Shown here: positions 1 through 10,328 of the stretch, piece after piece
Layout: every line of letters starts with the position of its first letter
Position numbering within the stretch: the stretch's first letter is position 1
Assembly: GCA_963666515.2 (NCBI GenBank)
Contig: OY762897.2
Coordinates: 32,001-96,000, forward strand
Direction: 5' to 3'
DNA: 64,000 bases
Origin: Candidatus Binatia bacterium
GTDB lineage: Bacteria > Desulfobacterota > Binatia > UBA9968 > JAJDTQ01
The notes under the pieces: model-generated
The model's input: the letters and a program-made list of their open reading frames with translations, nothing else
Told to the model about the DNA's origin: nothing
Databases searched by the model: none
Program-made: the position numbers and the translations under genes

Positions 1-1501
1 GCTCCGCCAGCAGGGGAATGTCTTCCCGGCGTTGTCTCAGCGGCGGAATCACGATGGGGAAGACCGCCAGGCGAAAGTAGAGGTCCTGGCGGAAAGCGCC
101 CGCCCGGACCGCCTCCTCCAGGTCCTTGTTGGTGGCGGCAATCACCCGCACGTCCACCGGCCGGGTTTCGTTTCCGCCGAGCCGCTGGATATCCTTCTCC
201 TGCAGCACCCGCAACAGGCTGGCCTGGAGAGCCGGTTGCATGTCGCCGATCTCGTCCAGGAAGATCGTTCCCCCATGGGCGCGCTCGAAGGCTCCGGCGC
301 GCTGTTGCGTCGCGCCCGTGAAGGCCCCTCTTTCGTGGCCGAACAGCTCGCTTTCGATCAGGGCCTCGGGAAGGGCCGCGCAATTGATGGCCACGAACGG
401 TCCGGTCTTGCGCTGGCTGTCGAAGTGGAGCGACTTGGCCAGCAGTTCCTTGCCGGTGCCGCTCTCGCCCCGAACGAGCACGGTGACGTCGCTTTCGGCC
501 CCCAGCTTCATCAAGCCGTACACCTGCTTCATGTGAGGGCTGCTTCCGACGATGCCGGCAAACGAATAGGTCGTCTCCAGCTCGCTGCGCAAGCGCAGCA
601 CTTCCGCTTTCATCCGCTCGACTTCGATCTCCTTGGACACGTCCCGGTACACGATCAGGTTGCCGATCACGTCTTCTCCCCCGTCGTGTACCGGCGCGGT
701 GGAGCGATAGAACAGCCGGCTGCTCGACAGCTCGCCGGCGGTGGTTTCGTCCACCACCTCGCCCTGCTCCCCGAACAGGAACTTTCCTTCCTGGTCCGCG
801 AGACCGGCTTTCCCGAACCGCTCCATGAGCGCGTCCTGCGAGATCTCGTTCAATTCGTCGTCCGCCACGTCGAACAGGGTCTTGAACCCATGGTTGGCAA
901 ACACCAGGCGTCCGGCGGCATCGTACATGGCCATGGCGTCGGCCGTGGCGTTGAGCACGGCCTCCAGCCGCTGGTGGCTGTCGGTGAGCTGGCGCCGGTT
1001 CTCGTTCAACGCCTGTTCCACGTTCCACTTGCCGACCAGGGACAGCGTCATCTGCTGGATCTCCTCGCGCGTGAAAGGCTTTCGGATATAGAGGGTCTTG
1101 TGCACGAGTTCCATGTCGTCGAGAATTTCCGGCAACGACCTGTCCGTGTACGCGGTCATGATGACGACCTCGATGTCGCGGTCGATCTGTCTCACCCGGC
1201 GGACCGTTTCAATGCCGTCGATGCCCGGCGGCATTCGGATGTCGATGTAGGCCACGGCAATGGGACGGTTCGATTCCTTTGCCGTCCGGATCATCCCGCA
1301 GGCTTCATCTCCACTGGCGGCGTGCGCAAGCTCGAAATCCGGCAGAAACCGGTTGTCGGTGTCCTTGACGAAGGCCGCGGCCAGTTCGTCCGTCGACCGC
1401 TGTGGCAGTTTGGGGCACAGCATTTCCACGAAGTCGTCGTGGATCTCCGTCTGGTCATCGACGATCAGTACGCGATGGTTCTCCTGCTCCTTGAGTTCCA
1501 T
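1..1501 (-). CDS. Sigma-54-dependent response regulator (REC-PAS-AAA+), 3' end runs off the window
   Basis: Manual translation from ATG 1501: [17 protein letters not shown]... (REC), then [11 protein letters not shown] Walker [21 protein letters not shown] and FRQDLYFRL. Not in the ORF track. Confidence 0.92.
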   Translation of the reverse strand, partial: MELKEQENHRVLIVDDQTEIHDDFVEMLCPKLPQRSTDELAAAFVKDTDNRFLPDFELAHAASGDEACGMIRTAKESNRPIAVAYIDIRMPPGIDGIETVRRVRQIDRDIEVVIMTAYTDRSLPEILDDMELVHKTLYIRKPFTREEIQQMTLSLVGKWNVEQALNENRRQLTDSHQRLEAVLNATADAMAMYDAAGRLVFANHGFKTLFDVADDELNEISQDALMERFGKAGLADQEGKFLFGEQGEVVDETTAGELSSSRLFYRSTAPVHDGGEDVIGNLIVYRDVSKEIEVERMKAEVLRLRSELETTYSFAGIVGSSPHMKQVYGLMKLGAESDVTVLVRGESGTGKELLAKSLHFDSQRKTGPFVAINCAALPEALIESELFGHERGAFTGATQQRAGAFERAHGGTIFLDEIGDMQPALQASLLRVLQEKDIQRLGGNETRPVDVRVIAATNKDLEEAVRAGAFRQDLYFRLAVFPIVIPPLRQRREDIPLLAE

Positions 1502-1525
1502 GGACCATCCCTTCGTAAGGATACG

Positions 1526-4500
1526 TTACGTGGGCTTGTATTCGGGTTCCTTGACGGGCGTGACGGACGAGAGCCGCAGCATGACGCGCATGGTCGCTCC
1601 ATGGCCGATGCCGTCGCTCAGCGGATGGATCTGGCCGCCGGAGCCGACCACGAAATTGGCGGTGGAATGGAGGCCGAGCCCGCTGCCCTGTTTCTTCGTG
1701 GTGTAGCCTGCGGCAAAGATCAGCCTGGACGTCTTCGTGTCGATGCCGATGCCGTTGTCGCTTACGTCGAGGTTGAGAAAATCCCCCTCGACGTAGGCTC
1801 GAATGCCGACGCGCGGGGCTTCCGCAAGTTCGCCCGAGGCCGCGCGCTCGTCGATGGCTTCGATGGAGTTCTTGACCAGGTTCACCAGCATCTGATTGAA
1901 CCGACTCTCCTGGACGCGGATTTCCTGCGGCGCTTTTTCGCAGTCGACGGCGACGGCGATGCCTCTCTTGTCCAGGGACTCCTGCAGCACCTTGACGGCG
2001 TCCGAGAGCGCGTCGGGAAGGGAGATGTCTTTCCGGTCCATGCTGGAGTTGCCGAGGGCCTTCTGGCTGCGGACGATGTCGGTGATGTGCTTCGCGCGTT
2101 CGCTGACGCGCTCGACGGTCTTGATCAAGTCCGCGTTGTCTTGTGCAAAGTCGTCTGCCAGGGCGATGATGAACGGCGCCACCTGCCGGCCTTGCGGGTC
2201 GTTCAGGACGTAGTCGCTCCAGTCGTCCTGATGGGCCTTGACCGCGCCGGCGAGCGCGGAAAAGCGGTTTATCAGCCTGCTCTCCGCCATGCTCCGTTGC
2301 ACCGTGTCGACGCCGATGGTGACGCTGTTGATGGCGTTGCCGATGTTGTGGAGGATGGTTTCGACGATCTCCAGCCGCCCTTGCGCGAACGCACGGGTCA
2401 GCGCTTCGTCGGCGATGACCTGCTCGGTGACGTCGCGAGAGATGATCACGCCGCGCCGGGTCTCGCCGGAATCGGTACGCAGCGGCCGCGCGCTGACGCG
2501 GATGTAGACGCCGCCCTGTCCCGTCCGGCTGGGTATGAATACATCCTCGTCGTCAACGGCCTCGCCGTTGAAAATGGCCCGGGGCATGGGGAGGTCTTCG
2601 TTCTTGATGGGGGTCACCCGGTCGGGGTAGTAGAACTGCACGGGCTTTTCCGCCCAGGAGCCCGTCCGCCTTTCCTCGCCGAAGGTCTGTACGGCCTCGG
2701 GGTTCATGTAAAGGAACTCTCCGTCGGCGTCGGCCACGATCACGCCGTTGCTGATGCTGTTGAAGACGGTTTCCAGCAGTTGGGTCTTTTCGCGCAATTC
2801 ATCGATGGTTTGTTTCAGTTCGGCTTCCGTCCGTTTGATCTCCGTGATGTCCCGAAAGACCACGACGCCGCCTCTCGTCCCGCTCTCGGCGACCTCCAGG
2901 GGCCTGCCGCTGACGCTGAGGTAGGCGCCCTCCGGGTTCTTCGGACCATGCACGAACATCTCGACGTCGTTGACCTCCTCGCCTCGGATGGCGCGCTGGA
3001 GCGGCAGATCGTTCAGTTGATAAGGGGTTTCCCCGTCGGGCATGTAGAGGCCGTATGCCTTGGCGCGTTCCATCGGATCCATGTGGAACATTCCGGAATC
3101 GCGGAAGCGCTCTTCTGCGCGTGGATTCATGAGCAACAGGCGGCCGGTCGTGTCGGCGACGATGACGCCTTCGGCCATGCTTTCGAAAACGGCCTTCATG
3201 AGCTGTGTCTGGCGTTGCAACTCGTCCGTGGTATGGCCCAGCTTGGCCGCTGTCTCCCTGTCCACGGTGAGGTCGCGGAAAATGATGATGCCGGCCACCA
3301 CCTCGGTCCCGTCGTTGCCCAATATCGGCAGCGCGCGGCAGTCGATATAGGTTCCCGTGGGGTTTTTGCTGTTGCAGATGAAAAATTCCATTTCATCGGT
3401 GGTCTCGCCGCGCAGCGCGCGCACCATCGGAAGCCGTTCGAACGGGACCGGTGTCTTGACATCGGGATAGAACACCCCGTACGTGCTGGCCCAATCGGCC
3501 GGTTCCGGGGCCACGAGCCGCCTGCCGAAGATCCGTTCCGCAACCTTGTTGCCGAACACGACCCCACCTTGCGGGTCGGCGACGATCAAACCCTCGCTGA
3601 TGTTGTCGCAGATGGATTCCATGAGTTCGACGCGGTAGCGCAGCTTGTCGAGGACACGTTCCGGCGTGGACTCCGACTCGCCGTTCCCGGCAACGTCCGG
3701 CGCCCGTGTTTCCCCGTCCCCGGTGAGGTCCTGGACGATGGCCACGCCCGCCCTGACCCTTTCGCCGGCGTCGTCCCGCAAGGTCCGCCCGCGGACCCGG
3801 ATCGCCGTCCCGGCAGGGTTGTTCCGATTGTGCACGAACAGTTCCATGTGTTCCGTGTCCTCGCCGCTGACGGCGCGTACGAGCGGAAGCCGGTGAACGG
3901 GAACCTGTGTCCGTCGGTCCGGATAGAAGAGGCCGTAGGCCTTGGCTCTTTCGCTCACGTTCACGTTCAGGACGTCGGAGCCGTAGATGTGCCGGGCGCT
4001 CCGATTCATGTACACGAGGCGGTTGGTTGGATCGGAGACGAGAACGCCGTCGTCGATGTTGTCGAGGACGTATTCCATAAGGTAGTTCCGATCGCTCAAC
4101 TCGTTGACGTTCTGTTCCAGTCTGGCTTCCGCTTCCTTGGACCGGGTGGCGTCGTGAAAGACCACCACGCCCGCGCTCACGCCGTTGCCGTTGCCCTTGA
4201 TGGGTCTGCCGCTGACCCGGAGCAGTCGGCCTTCCGTCTGGCCCTGATTGTACGAGAAGACCTCGACGTCGTCGGTGGACTCGCCGGAGACCGCACGCGA
4301 GAGCGGCAGATCGGCCCTTGGAAACGGCGTGACCCGGTCCGCCATGAACAGTTTGTGCAGTCGGGATCCCCGACTCTGCCCCGTGCCCGGCAGATAGGTT
4401 CCCAGTATTCGTTGCGCGCTCGAATTGTAAACCAGGTACTTGCCGTCGGAGTCGGCGGCGATGACGCCCGCGCTGAGGCTGTCGAGGACACGTTCCAGGA

Positions 4501-4942
4501 CGTTGGCCTCCTGCCGTCGTTGTTCGGCGGTCTGCTCCAGCGCGCGCTCGGTCTCGCGGTGCCGGCGCTCACTCTCGTGCAGGGAAAGGGCGGTCTGGAG
4601 GCTCAGGTGCAGTTGCCGCTCGTTGAACGGCTTCACCACGTAACCGAACGGACGGGTCGTCGCGGTCCGCTGCAACGGATATTCCTCGACGCCGTTGGTG
4701 AGGTAGACCACGGGGACGTCGAGGCGGCCGCCGATCCGGTCGGCCACCTCGACGGCCTCGTCATCCCCCCGGAGTCCCAAGTCGATCAGCGCCAGATCGG
4801 GACGTCTGTCAGCCGCCTCTTCCAGGGCCTTTTGCCCGGACGACACCCGGGCGCACACCGTATAGCCCAGGCCCGTCAGGCACTGTTCGAGGCCGGTGGT
4901 GGAATCATCGTTTCCGACAATCAGTATGCTTGCGCCGGTCAT
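1526..4942 (-). CDS. Hybrid sensor histidine kinase: REC + 5 PAS + HisKA/HATPase
   Basis: N-terminal receiver (ILIVGND...LIDLGL...KPF). Five repeats of the pattern VF.S..EGVIVAD...LP..RA..GE...VVVFRD. H-box LHNIGNAINS, N-box NLVKNSIEAI, DNGIGI and GSGLGL. Confidence 0.93.
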   Translation of the reverse strand: MTGASILIVGNDDSTTGLEQCLTGLGYTVCARVSSGQKALEEAADRRPDLALIDLGLRGDDEAVEVADRIGGRLDVPVVYLTNGVEEYPLQRTATTRPFGYVVKPFNERQLHLSLQTALSLHESERRHRETERALEQTAEQRRQEANVLERVLDSLSAGVIAADSDGKYLVYNSSAQRILGTYLPGTGQSRGSRLHKLFMADRVTPFPRADLPLSRAVSGESTDDVEVFSYNQGQTEGRLLRVSGRPIKGNGNGVSAGVVVFHDATRSKEAEARLEQNVNELSDRNYLMEYVLDNIDDGVLVSDPTNRLVYMNRSARHIYGSDVLNVNVSERAKAYGLFYPDRRTQVPVHRLPLVRAVSGEDTEHMELFVHNRNNPAGTAIRVRGRTLRDDAGERVRAGVAIVQDLTGDGETRAPDVAGNGESESTPERVLDKLRYRVELMESICDNISEGLIVADPQGGVVFGNKVAERIFGRRLVAPEPADWASTYGVFYPDVKTPVPFERLPMVRALRGETTDEMEFFICNSKNPTGTYIDCRALPILGNDGTEVVAGIIIFRDLTVDRETAAKLGHTTDELQRQTQLMKAVFESMAEGVIVADTTGRLLLMNPRAEERFRDSGMFHMDPMERAKAYGLYMPDGETPYQLNDLPLQRAIRGEEVNDVEMFVHGPKNPEGAYLSVSGRPLEVAESGTRGGVVVFRDITEIKRTEAELKQTIDELREKTQLLETVFNSISNGVIVADADGEFLYMNPEAVQTFGEERRTGSWAEKPVQFYYPDRVTPIKNEDLPMPRAIFNGEAVDDEDVFIPSRTGQGGVYIRVSARPLRTDSGETRRGVIISRDVTEQVIADEALTRAFAQGRLEIVETILHNIGNAINSVTIGVDTVQRSMAESRLINRFSALAGAVKAHQDDWSDYVLNDPQGRQVAPFIIALADDFAQDNADLIKTVERVSERAKHITDIVRSQKALGNSSMDRKDISLPDALSDAVKVLQESLDKRGIAVAVDCEKAPQEIRVQESRFNQMLVNLVKNSIEAIDERAASGELAEAPRVGIRAYVEGDFLNLDVSDNGIGIDTKTSRLIFAAGYTTKKQGSGLGLHSTANFVVGSGGQIHPLSDGIGHGATMRVMLRLSSVTPVKEPEYKPT
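1553..2440. repeat. Copy 1 of a ~0.9 kb near-identical duplicated kinase-core segment
   Basis: Matches 4984-5871 at a constant offset of 3431 nt, with only scattered substitutions by eye. Confidence 0.9.
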
Positions 4943-7900
4943 CGCGCTCGCTTTCCTCTTGGAGAATCGGGGGCGAGTTCCTCGACGGGCGTGACGGACG
5001 AGAGCCGCAGCATGACGCGCATGGTCGCTCCATGGCCGATGCCGTCGCTCAGCGGATGGATCTGGCCGCCGGAGCCGACGACGAAATTGGCGGTGGAATG
5101 GAGGCCGAGCCCGCTGCCCTGTTTCTTGGTGGTGTAACCCGCGGCAAAGATCAACCTGGACGTCTTCGTGTCGATGCCGATGCCGTTGTCGCTTACGTCG
5201 AGGTTGAGGAAATCCCCCTCGACGTAGGCTCGAATGCCGATGCGCGGCGCTTCCGCGGGTCCGCCCGAGGCGGCGCGGTCGTCGATGGCTTCGATGGAGT
5301 TCTTGACGAGGTTCACCAGCATCTGGTGAAACGGACTCTCCTGGACACGGATTTCCTGCGGCGCGTTTTCGCAGTCGACGGCCACGCTGATGCCTCTCCT
5401 GTCCAGGGATTCCTGCAGGACCTTGACGGCGTCCGAGAGCGCGTCGGGAAGGGAGATGTCCTTCCGGTCCATGCTGGAGTTGCCGAGGGCCTTCTGGGTA
5501 CGGACGATGTCGGTGATGTGCTTCGTGCGCTCGCGGACGCGCTCGACGGTCTTGATCAAGTCCGCGTTGTCTCGCGCAAAGTCGTCGGCGAGGGCGATGA
5601 TGAACGGCGCCACCTGCCGGCCTTGCGGGTCGTTCAGGACGTAGTCGCTCCAGTCGTCCTGATGGGCCCTGACCGCGTCGGCGAGCGCGGAAAGGCGGTG
5701 TATCAGCCTGCTCTCCGCCATGCTCCGTTGCACCGTGTCGATGCCGATGGTGACGCTGTTGATGGCGTTGCCGATGTTGTGGAGGATGGTGTCGAGGATT
5801 TCCAGCCGCCCTTGCGCGAACGCCCGGGTCAGCGCTTCGTCGGCCATGACCTGCTCGGTCACGTCGCGAAAGACGACGACGCCCCGGTGGACCCCGCCGG
5901 CGTCGGCACGGAGCCGTCGCGAGCTTACCCGGATGTACACGCCGTCTTCCGCCTGGCCGGGTACGAAGATGTCCTCGTCGTCTACGGCTTCGTCGTTGAA
6001 AATGGCCCGGGGCATGGGCAGGTCTTCGTTCTTGATGGGCGTCACCCGATCCGGGTAGAAGAACTGCCCGGGCTTGTCCGCCCAGCGACCCTCACGCCGG
6101 GCGGAGTAGGCTTCGACGATCCGTTCGGCCCAGGGGTTCATGTACAGGTACTGCCCGTTGGCGTCGGCGACGATGATGCCTTCGTTGACGCTGTTGAAAG
6201 TGGTTTCCATCAGATCGTTCTGATCCTGCAACTCCGTCATCGTCTGGCGCAACTGCTCCTCCGCCCGCTTGCGGTCGGTGATGTCCTGGAAAACCACGAC
6301 GCCGCCGCCGGGGCCGCCGGTTCCCCCGCTCAGGGGTTGCCCGCTTACCCGGAGGTAGACCCCGTCGGGTTTCTTCTCGTTGCGGATGAACACCTCCATG
6401 GCTTCCACGGCTTGGCCTTGTACGGCGCGCACGAGCGGAATCTCTTCGGTGGGGACGCGGGTTTTCTCGTCCGGGTAGAAGATGCCGTAGGCATCCGTCC
6501 ACGCCTCCGGCGGCTGGTCCACCATGCCGACGCCGACGATGCGTTCGGCGCCGGGATTGAACAGCATGAATTTCGCCTCGGCGTCGGCCACGATCACGCC
6601 GTCACTGATGCTGTTGAATACGGTTTCCATGAGATGGGCCTGTTCCTGGGCTTCTCGCAGCGCTTGCGCCAGCTTGTCTTCCGCCACCTTCTGCTCGGTC
6701 ATGTCGTGAACGACGCTCACGGCGCCGACGATCTCTCGACCGTCTTCGCTGTATAGCGGCCGCGCGCTGGCGCTGATGTACCTTCCGGCCGGGATGTTGT
6801 CATTGCGCACGAAGAAGTCGAGCTTGCCCGTTTCTTCCCCCTGCAAGGCGCGCCAGAGCGGGATTTCTTCGGTCTGAACGAGCGTTTCCCGGTCCGTGTG
6901 GAACATGCCGTACGTTTCCGCCCATAGACCGGGGTCGACATCCTGGACCTCCATTTTGAAGATGTCCTTGACGCCCCGGTTGACGAGCAGCAATCGGCCG
7001 TCCTTGTTGGCGACGACGACGCCGTCGTTCATGTTTTCGAACACGGTCTCCATGAGCTCGGTCTGCTGACGCAACTCGTCGATGGTCCGTTTCAGGTCCG
7101 CTTCCGCCCGCTTGATCTCGGTGATGTCGCGAAAGACCACCACGCCGCCGTTCCTGCCGGTGGCGTCGAGGCTCAGCGGTTTGCCGCTGGCGCTGACGTA
7201 CATCCCTTCCGGTTTTGCCTGGTTGCAGATGAGCATCTCGACGTCGGTGGTCTCTTCACCGCGGATGGCGCGCTGGAGTGGAAGCTCATCCGGCGAGAAC
7301 AGCCCCGACCCGTCGGGGTGGTAGAATCCGAATCGCGCCGGGCGCTTGGTGATGTCGTTGTTCGGTATGTTGTCGTAGGTGACCTTCAGCGTCGTCGCAT
7401 TGGCCATCAGGTATTTGCCGTTTTCGTCGGTGGCGAAGACGCCGTCGCTGATGCTGTCGAAGACGACGTTCGTGAGGTCGATCTGGCGTTGCAGTTTGGC
7501 GATGGTGCTTTCCAGGTTGAATTCGGTGCGCTTGAGCCGGGTGATGTCGCGAAAGACGAGGATGCCGCCTCTCTCGCCGTTCTCGTCGATCTCGATAGGC
7601 CGGCCGCTGACACCGAGATAGAGACCTTCCGGGTTCAATCGATTGCGTACGTGCACCTCGACGTCGGTGATCTCCTCACCGTGGAGCACGCGCTCGATCG
7701 GCAGCTCATCCAGCGCATGGGGGTTTTCGCTGTCGAGCTTGAAGAGATCGTACGCGCTGACCGGTTCGCCATTTTCCACGTCGGACGCCCCGAAGATGTC
7801 TTCCGCGATCGGGTTCATGAACAACAGGCGGCCGGCCGCGTCGATGACGGCGACTCCCTCGCTCATGCTTTCGAAAACGGCCGTCATGAGCCGGATCTGG

Positions 7901-7977
7901 CGGTTCAATTCGCCGGTGGTGTCGCCCGGTCGGGATTCCGCGTCCCTTTCGCCGATCAGTGTCCTTGCGTTTGTCAT
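4939..7977 (-). CDS. Sensor histidine kinase: 5 PAS + HisKA/HATPase (paralog of 1526-4942)
   Basis: Likely start is ATG 7977 (MTNARTLIG); the longer ORF-track start overlaps the amidohydrolase gene. Five PAS repeats and the same H/N/G boxes. The stop overlaps the next ATG (ATGA). Confidence 0.9.
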   Translation of the reverse strand: MTNARTLIGERDAESRPGDTTGELNRQIRLMTAVFESMSEGVAVIDAAGRLLFMNPIAEDIFGASDVENGEPVSAYDLFKLDSENPHALDELPIERVLHGEEITDVEVHVRNRLNPEGLYLGVSGRPIEIDENGERGGILVFRDITRLKRTEFNLESTIAKLQRQIDLTNVVFDSISDGVFATDENGKYLMANATTLKVTYDNIPNNDITKRPARFGFYHPDGSGLFSPDELPLQRAIRGEETTDVEMLICNQAKPEGMYVSASGKPLSLDATGRNGGVVVFRDITEIKRAEADLKRTIDELRQQTELMETVFENMNDGVVVANKDGRLLLVNRGVKDIFKMEVQDVDPGLWAETYGMFHTDRETLVQTEEIPLWRALQGEETGKLDFFVRNDNIPAGRYISASARPLYSEDGREIVGAVSVVHDMTEQKVAEDKLAQALREAQEQAHLMETVFNSISDGVIVADAEAKFMLFNPGAERIVGVGMVDQPPEAWTDAYGIFYPDEKTRVPTEEIPLVRAVQGQAVEAMEVFIRNEKKPDGVYLRVSGQPLSGGTGGPGGGVVVFQDITDRKRAEEQLRQTMTELQDQNDLMETTFNSVNEGIIVADANGQYLYMNPWAERIVEAYSARREGRWADKPGQFFYPDRVTPIKNEDLPMPRAIFNDEAVDDEDIFVPGQAEDGVYIRVSSRRLRADAGGVHRGVVVFRDVTEQVMADEALTRAFAQGRLEILDTILHNIGNAINSVTIGIDTVQRSMAESRLIHRLSALADAVRAHQDDWSDYVLNDPQGRQVAPFIIALADDFARDNADLIKTVERVRERTKHITDIVRTQKALGNSSMDRKDISLPDALSDAVKVLQESLDRRGISVAVDCENAPQEIRVQESPFHQMLVNLVKNSIEAIDDRAASGGPAEAPRIGIRAYVEGDFLNLDVSDNGIGIDTKTSRLIFAAGYTTKKQGSGLGLHSTANFVVGSGGQIHPLSDGIGHGATMRVMLRLSSVTPVEELAPDSPRGKRAR
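4984..5871. repeat. Copy 2 of the duplicated kinase-core segment
   Basis: Near-identical to 1553-2440. Confidence 0.9.
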
Positions 7978-8026
7978 CGGGTTCACATCCTTCGTCGAGA
8001 AAACGCACCGAAAACTCCCCGGCTGC

Positions 8027-9154
8027 TCAGAGGCCGTAGAATTTCGCCGGATTGTCCGCCAGTATCTTCTCGATGATGCGGGGCGGAACGTCCTCGCGTT
8101 GCCGCATGACGTCCACCATTCGCGGCTCGTTGGCGGGGTCGGTGTGACCGTAGTCGGAGCCGATGAGGAGGTTGTCCTGGCCGGTGTAGTCGAGCAGGTA
8201 GGGCAGGTCCTCGTCGGCCTCGCAGGCCACGTAGATGCGGTAGTCGCGGAACAGCTCCTCGTTGGTCTCGTGCTTCCACCGGGGGCGCTGGATGGCGTTC
8301 CGGCCGCCCGCGGTCGCGGCTCGGGACTCGCGCCGCAGTAGGTGGATGAGATAGGGGATCCAGCTCGCCTTGGCCTCGATGAAGCCGAACCGCAGGCCGG
8401 GATACCGCGCCGGCAGGTGGTTGGCGACGATGTCCCGGAACGCGAACAGGGGCACCACCACCTGGTTGGCGAACACCGAGCTGATGGCCAGGTCGAACAG
8501 GTTGAGCAACGTGCGGGAGCCGGAGCCCGTGTGGATGCAGATGGGCAGGTCGAGCTTCTCGGCCTCCTCGTAGAGAGGAGAGAAGCAGGGATCGGCGATG
8601 CTGCGGTCGCCTTCCAGGCCGCGCAGGGTGACCCCCACCGCGCCGCCGGCCTTGCCCTTCCGCATCTCCTCCAGCGAGGCGTCCATGGAGTGGAGCGGCG
8701 GCACCACCACCCAGCGGAGCCGCCCACGGGACTTGGACCACACGTCCGCCATCCAGTCGTTGTAGGCCCGGCACAGCGCGGTCTCCAGCTCCGGGTCGTC
8801 GGTGAGGTAGACCAGGAACAGGGTCGGGTAGATGACCTGCACGTCCACGCCCAGCTTGTCCATGTCCGCCAGCCGCGCCGGCACGTCGGTGATCTCCCGG
8901 CAGGCGATGAGCATGTCCTTGCGGCGCGTCTGGCCCTTGGAGCGGGACGGCGTCACCAGCCGGAAGCCGCCCCGGCCCGCGGGCTTGGGAAAGAGGTTGC
9001 CGTCGATCAGCCACAGGACGTTGATGTCCGCGTAGAGCGTATCGTCCGGCACCTCGGTCATCACCGGCCGGCGGGGATGCATGGAAGGCTCCATCAGCTC
9101 CCACATCCCCTCCGACTCGGATATGTGCGTGTCCGCGTCGATCACACCGGGCAT
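8027..9154 (-). CDS. Amidohydrolase_2 family metal-dependent hydrolase/decarboxylase
   Basis: IDADTH (DxH), ICIHTG, FIEAKASW and GSDYGH motifs. Confidence 0.9.
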   Translation of the reverse strand: MPGVIDADTHISESEGMWELMEPSMHPRRPVMTEVPDDTLYADINVLWLIDGNLFPKPAGRGGFRLVTPSRSKGQTRRKDMLIACREITDVPARLADMDKLGVDVQVIYPTLFLVYLTDDPELETALCRAYNDWMADVWSKSRGRLRWVVVPPLHSMDASLEEMRKGKAGGAVGVTLRGLEGDRSIADPCFSPLYEEAEKLDLPICIHTGSGSRTLLNLFDLAISSVFANQVVVPLFAFRDIVANHLPARYPGLRFGFIEAKASWIPYLIHLLRRESRAATAGGRNAIQRPRWKHETNEELFRDYRIYVACEADEDLPYLLDYTGQDNLLIGSDYGHTDPANEPRMVDVMRQREDVPPRIIEKILADNPAKFYGL

Positions 9155-9231
9155 GTTGTCCCTCGTTCGGTCAGGTGGGCTGTCCTCGTTCGGATATCGC
9201 CGCCCGAACGGAGATGGGCGACGCGCTCTTG

Positions 9232-10209
9232 CTACTTCTTGAGCGCCTTGCGGATGGCGTCCGCCTCCTTTTCCACGTGGGAGATCACGTTGCTGGCCGA
9301 TTTCACCGCGGTAGCCGCGTCGCCCGGATTGATGGGGGTGCCGCTCTTCTTAGCCCAGTCGGTGAACACCGGGTCGTTCATGGCCTTGACCACGATCTCC
9401 TCCAGCTTCTTCGCCCGTTCGGGAGGGACGCCGGGAGGCAACGCCACCAGCCGCAGGATGCTGCTCAGATACCCCAGGCCCAACTCCTTGGAGGTGGGCG
9501 TGTCCGGACAGGCCCACGAACGTTCTGCCGCCAGGTGGACGATGCAGCGGAGATGACCGTCTTTCGCCAGCGGTCCCACCGTGGAATGCTCGCTCGGGTT
9601 CAGCCAGGTGACGAAGTCGCCCCGCATCAGGCCGGGAACGCTGTCTCCGGTTCCCCGGTAGCCCGTCACCAGGTCGAAGCGCAGCCCCAGGTTCTTGGCC
9701 GCCAGGTAGGACGGCAGCCATCGTCCGGTTCCGATCCCCTCGACTCCCCAGGGCAGCCGGTCCAGCTTCTTGAGATCGTCCAGGGTCTTGTGCGGGGATT
9801 TTCCCGACACGAAGATCGTATAGGCGTCGCTCCCCATGCGGGCGATCCACTGGTATTTGTTCAGGTCATAGCCGGGGTTCTTTGCGGCGGTGATCGTGGG
9901 CGGGATCAGGCCCAGCAGATCGAGAAGCCCCACCGTGTGGCCGTCCGGCTTGGACCGGTACAGGTAGATGGCGCCGCGCCGCCCGCCCGCGCCGGTGACG
10001 TTCTTGACGATGACGCGAACGCCCTTGGGCAGATACTTGTCGAGGCTGCGGGCCAGCGCCCGGCTCATGGCGTCATAGCCCCCGCCCGGCGGAAACTGCA
10101 CCACCCAGTTGATGTTCTTGCTGGGGAAGTCGGCCTGCGCGGGCGCCGCGGCCAGTGTGAAGGCTGCCAGGAAGAAGAACAACCCGGTGAAACGCACGAT
10201 CGCTTTCAT
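9232..10209 (-). CDS. Tripartite tricarboxylate transporter substrate-binding protein (Bug/TctC)
   Basis: Signal peptide, FPSKNINWVVQFPPGGGYD, KNVTGAGG and PDGHT motifs. Start chosen at MKAIVRF, which has a GAGG RBS. Confidence 0.9.
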   Translation of the reverse strand: MKAIVRFTGLFFFLAAFTLAAAPAQADFPSKNINWVVQFPPGGGYDAMSRALARSLDKYLPKGVRVIVKNVTGAGGRRGAIYLYRSKPDGHTVGLLDLLGLIPPTITAAKNPGYDLNKYQWIARMGSDAYTIFVSGKSPHKTLDDLKKLDRLPWGVEGIGTGRWLPSYLAAKNLGLRFDLVTGYRGTGDSVPGLMRGDFVTWLNPSEHSTVGPLAKDGHLRCIVHLAAERSWACPDTPTSKELGLGYLSSILRLVALPPGVPPERAKKLEEIVVKAMNDPVFTDWAKKSGTPINPGDAATAVKSASNVISHVEKEADAIRKALKK

Positions 10210-10260
10210 GAGTACCTCCTCATCGTTCTCTAGGAGCCTGTCCGAGTAGTCGAATTTCAG

Positions 10261-10328
10261 GGGGCGACCGCGGGTCGCCCCTACACATGCCCCAGCGGAA
10301 CCCATGTAGGGGCGACCCGCGGTCGCCC
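10261..10328. repeat. GTAG-type REP doublet (REPIN/BIME-like)
   Basis: GGGCGACCGCGGGTCGCCCCTAC, a ~21-nt linker, then GTAGGGGCGACCCGCGGTCGCCC. The same unit occurs at 43809-43873. Confidence 0.85.

Noticed and set aside
32-6756. Very long + strand ORFs (1701 aa and 608 aa)
   Set aside because: They are antisense shadows of the minus-strand kinase and regulator genes in GC-rich DNA and carry no recognisable motifs.
7978-8727. N-terminal extension of the 1262-aa kinase ORF
   Set aside because: It overlaps the amidohydrolase gene in another frame and has low-complexity R/S/T/P composition; the real start is likely 7977.
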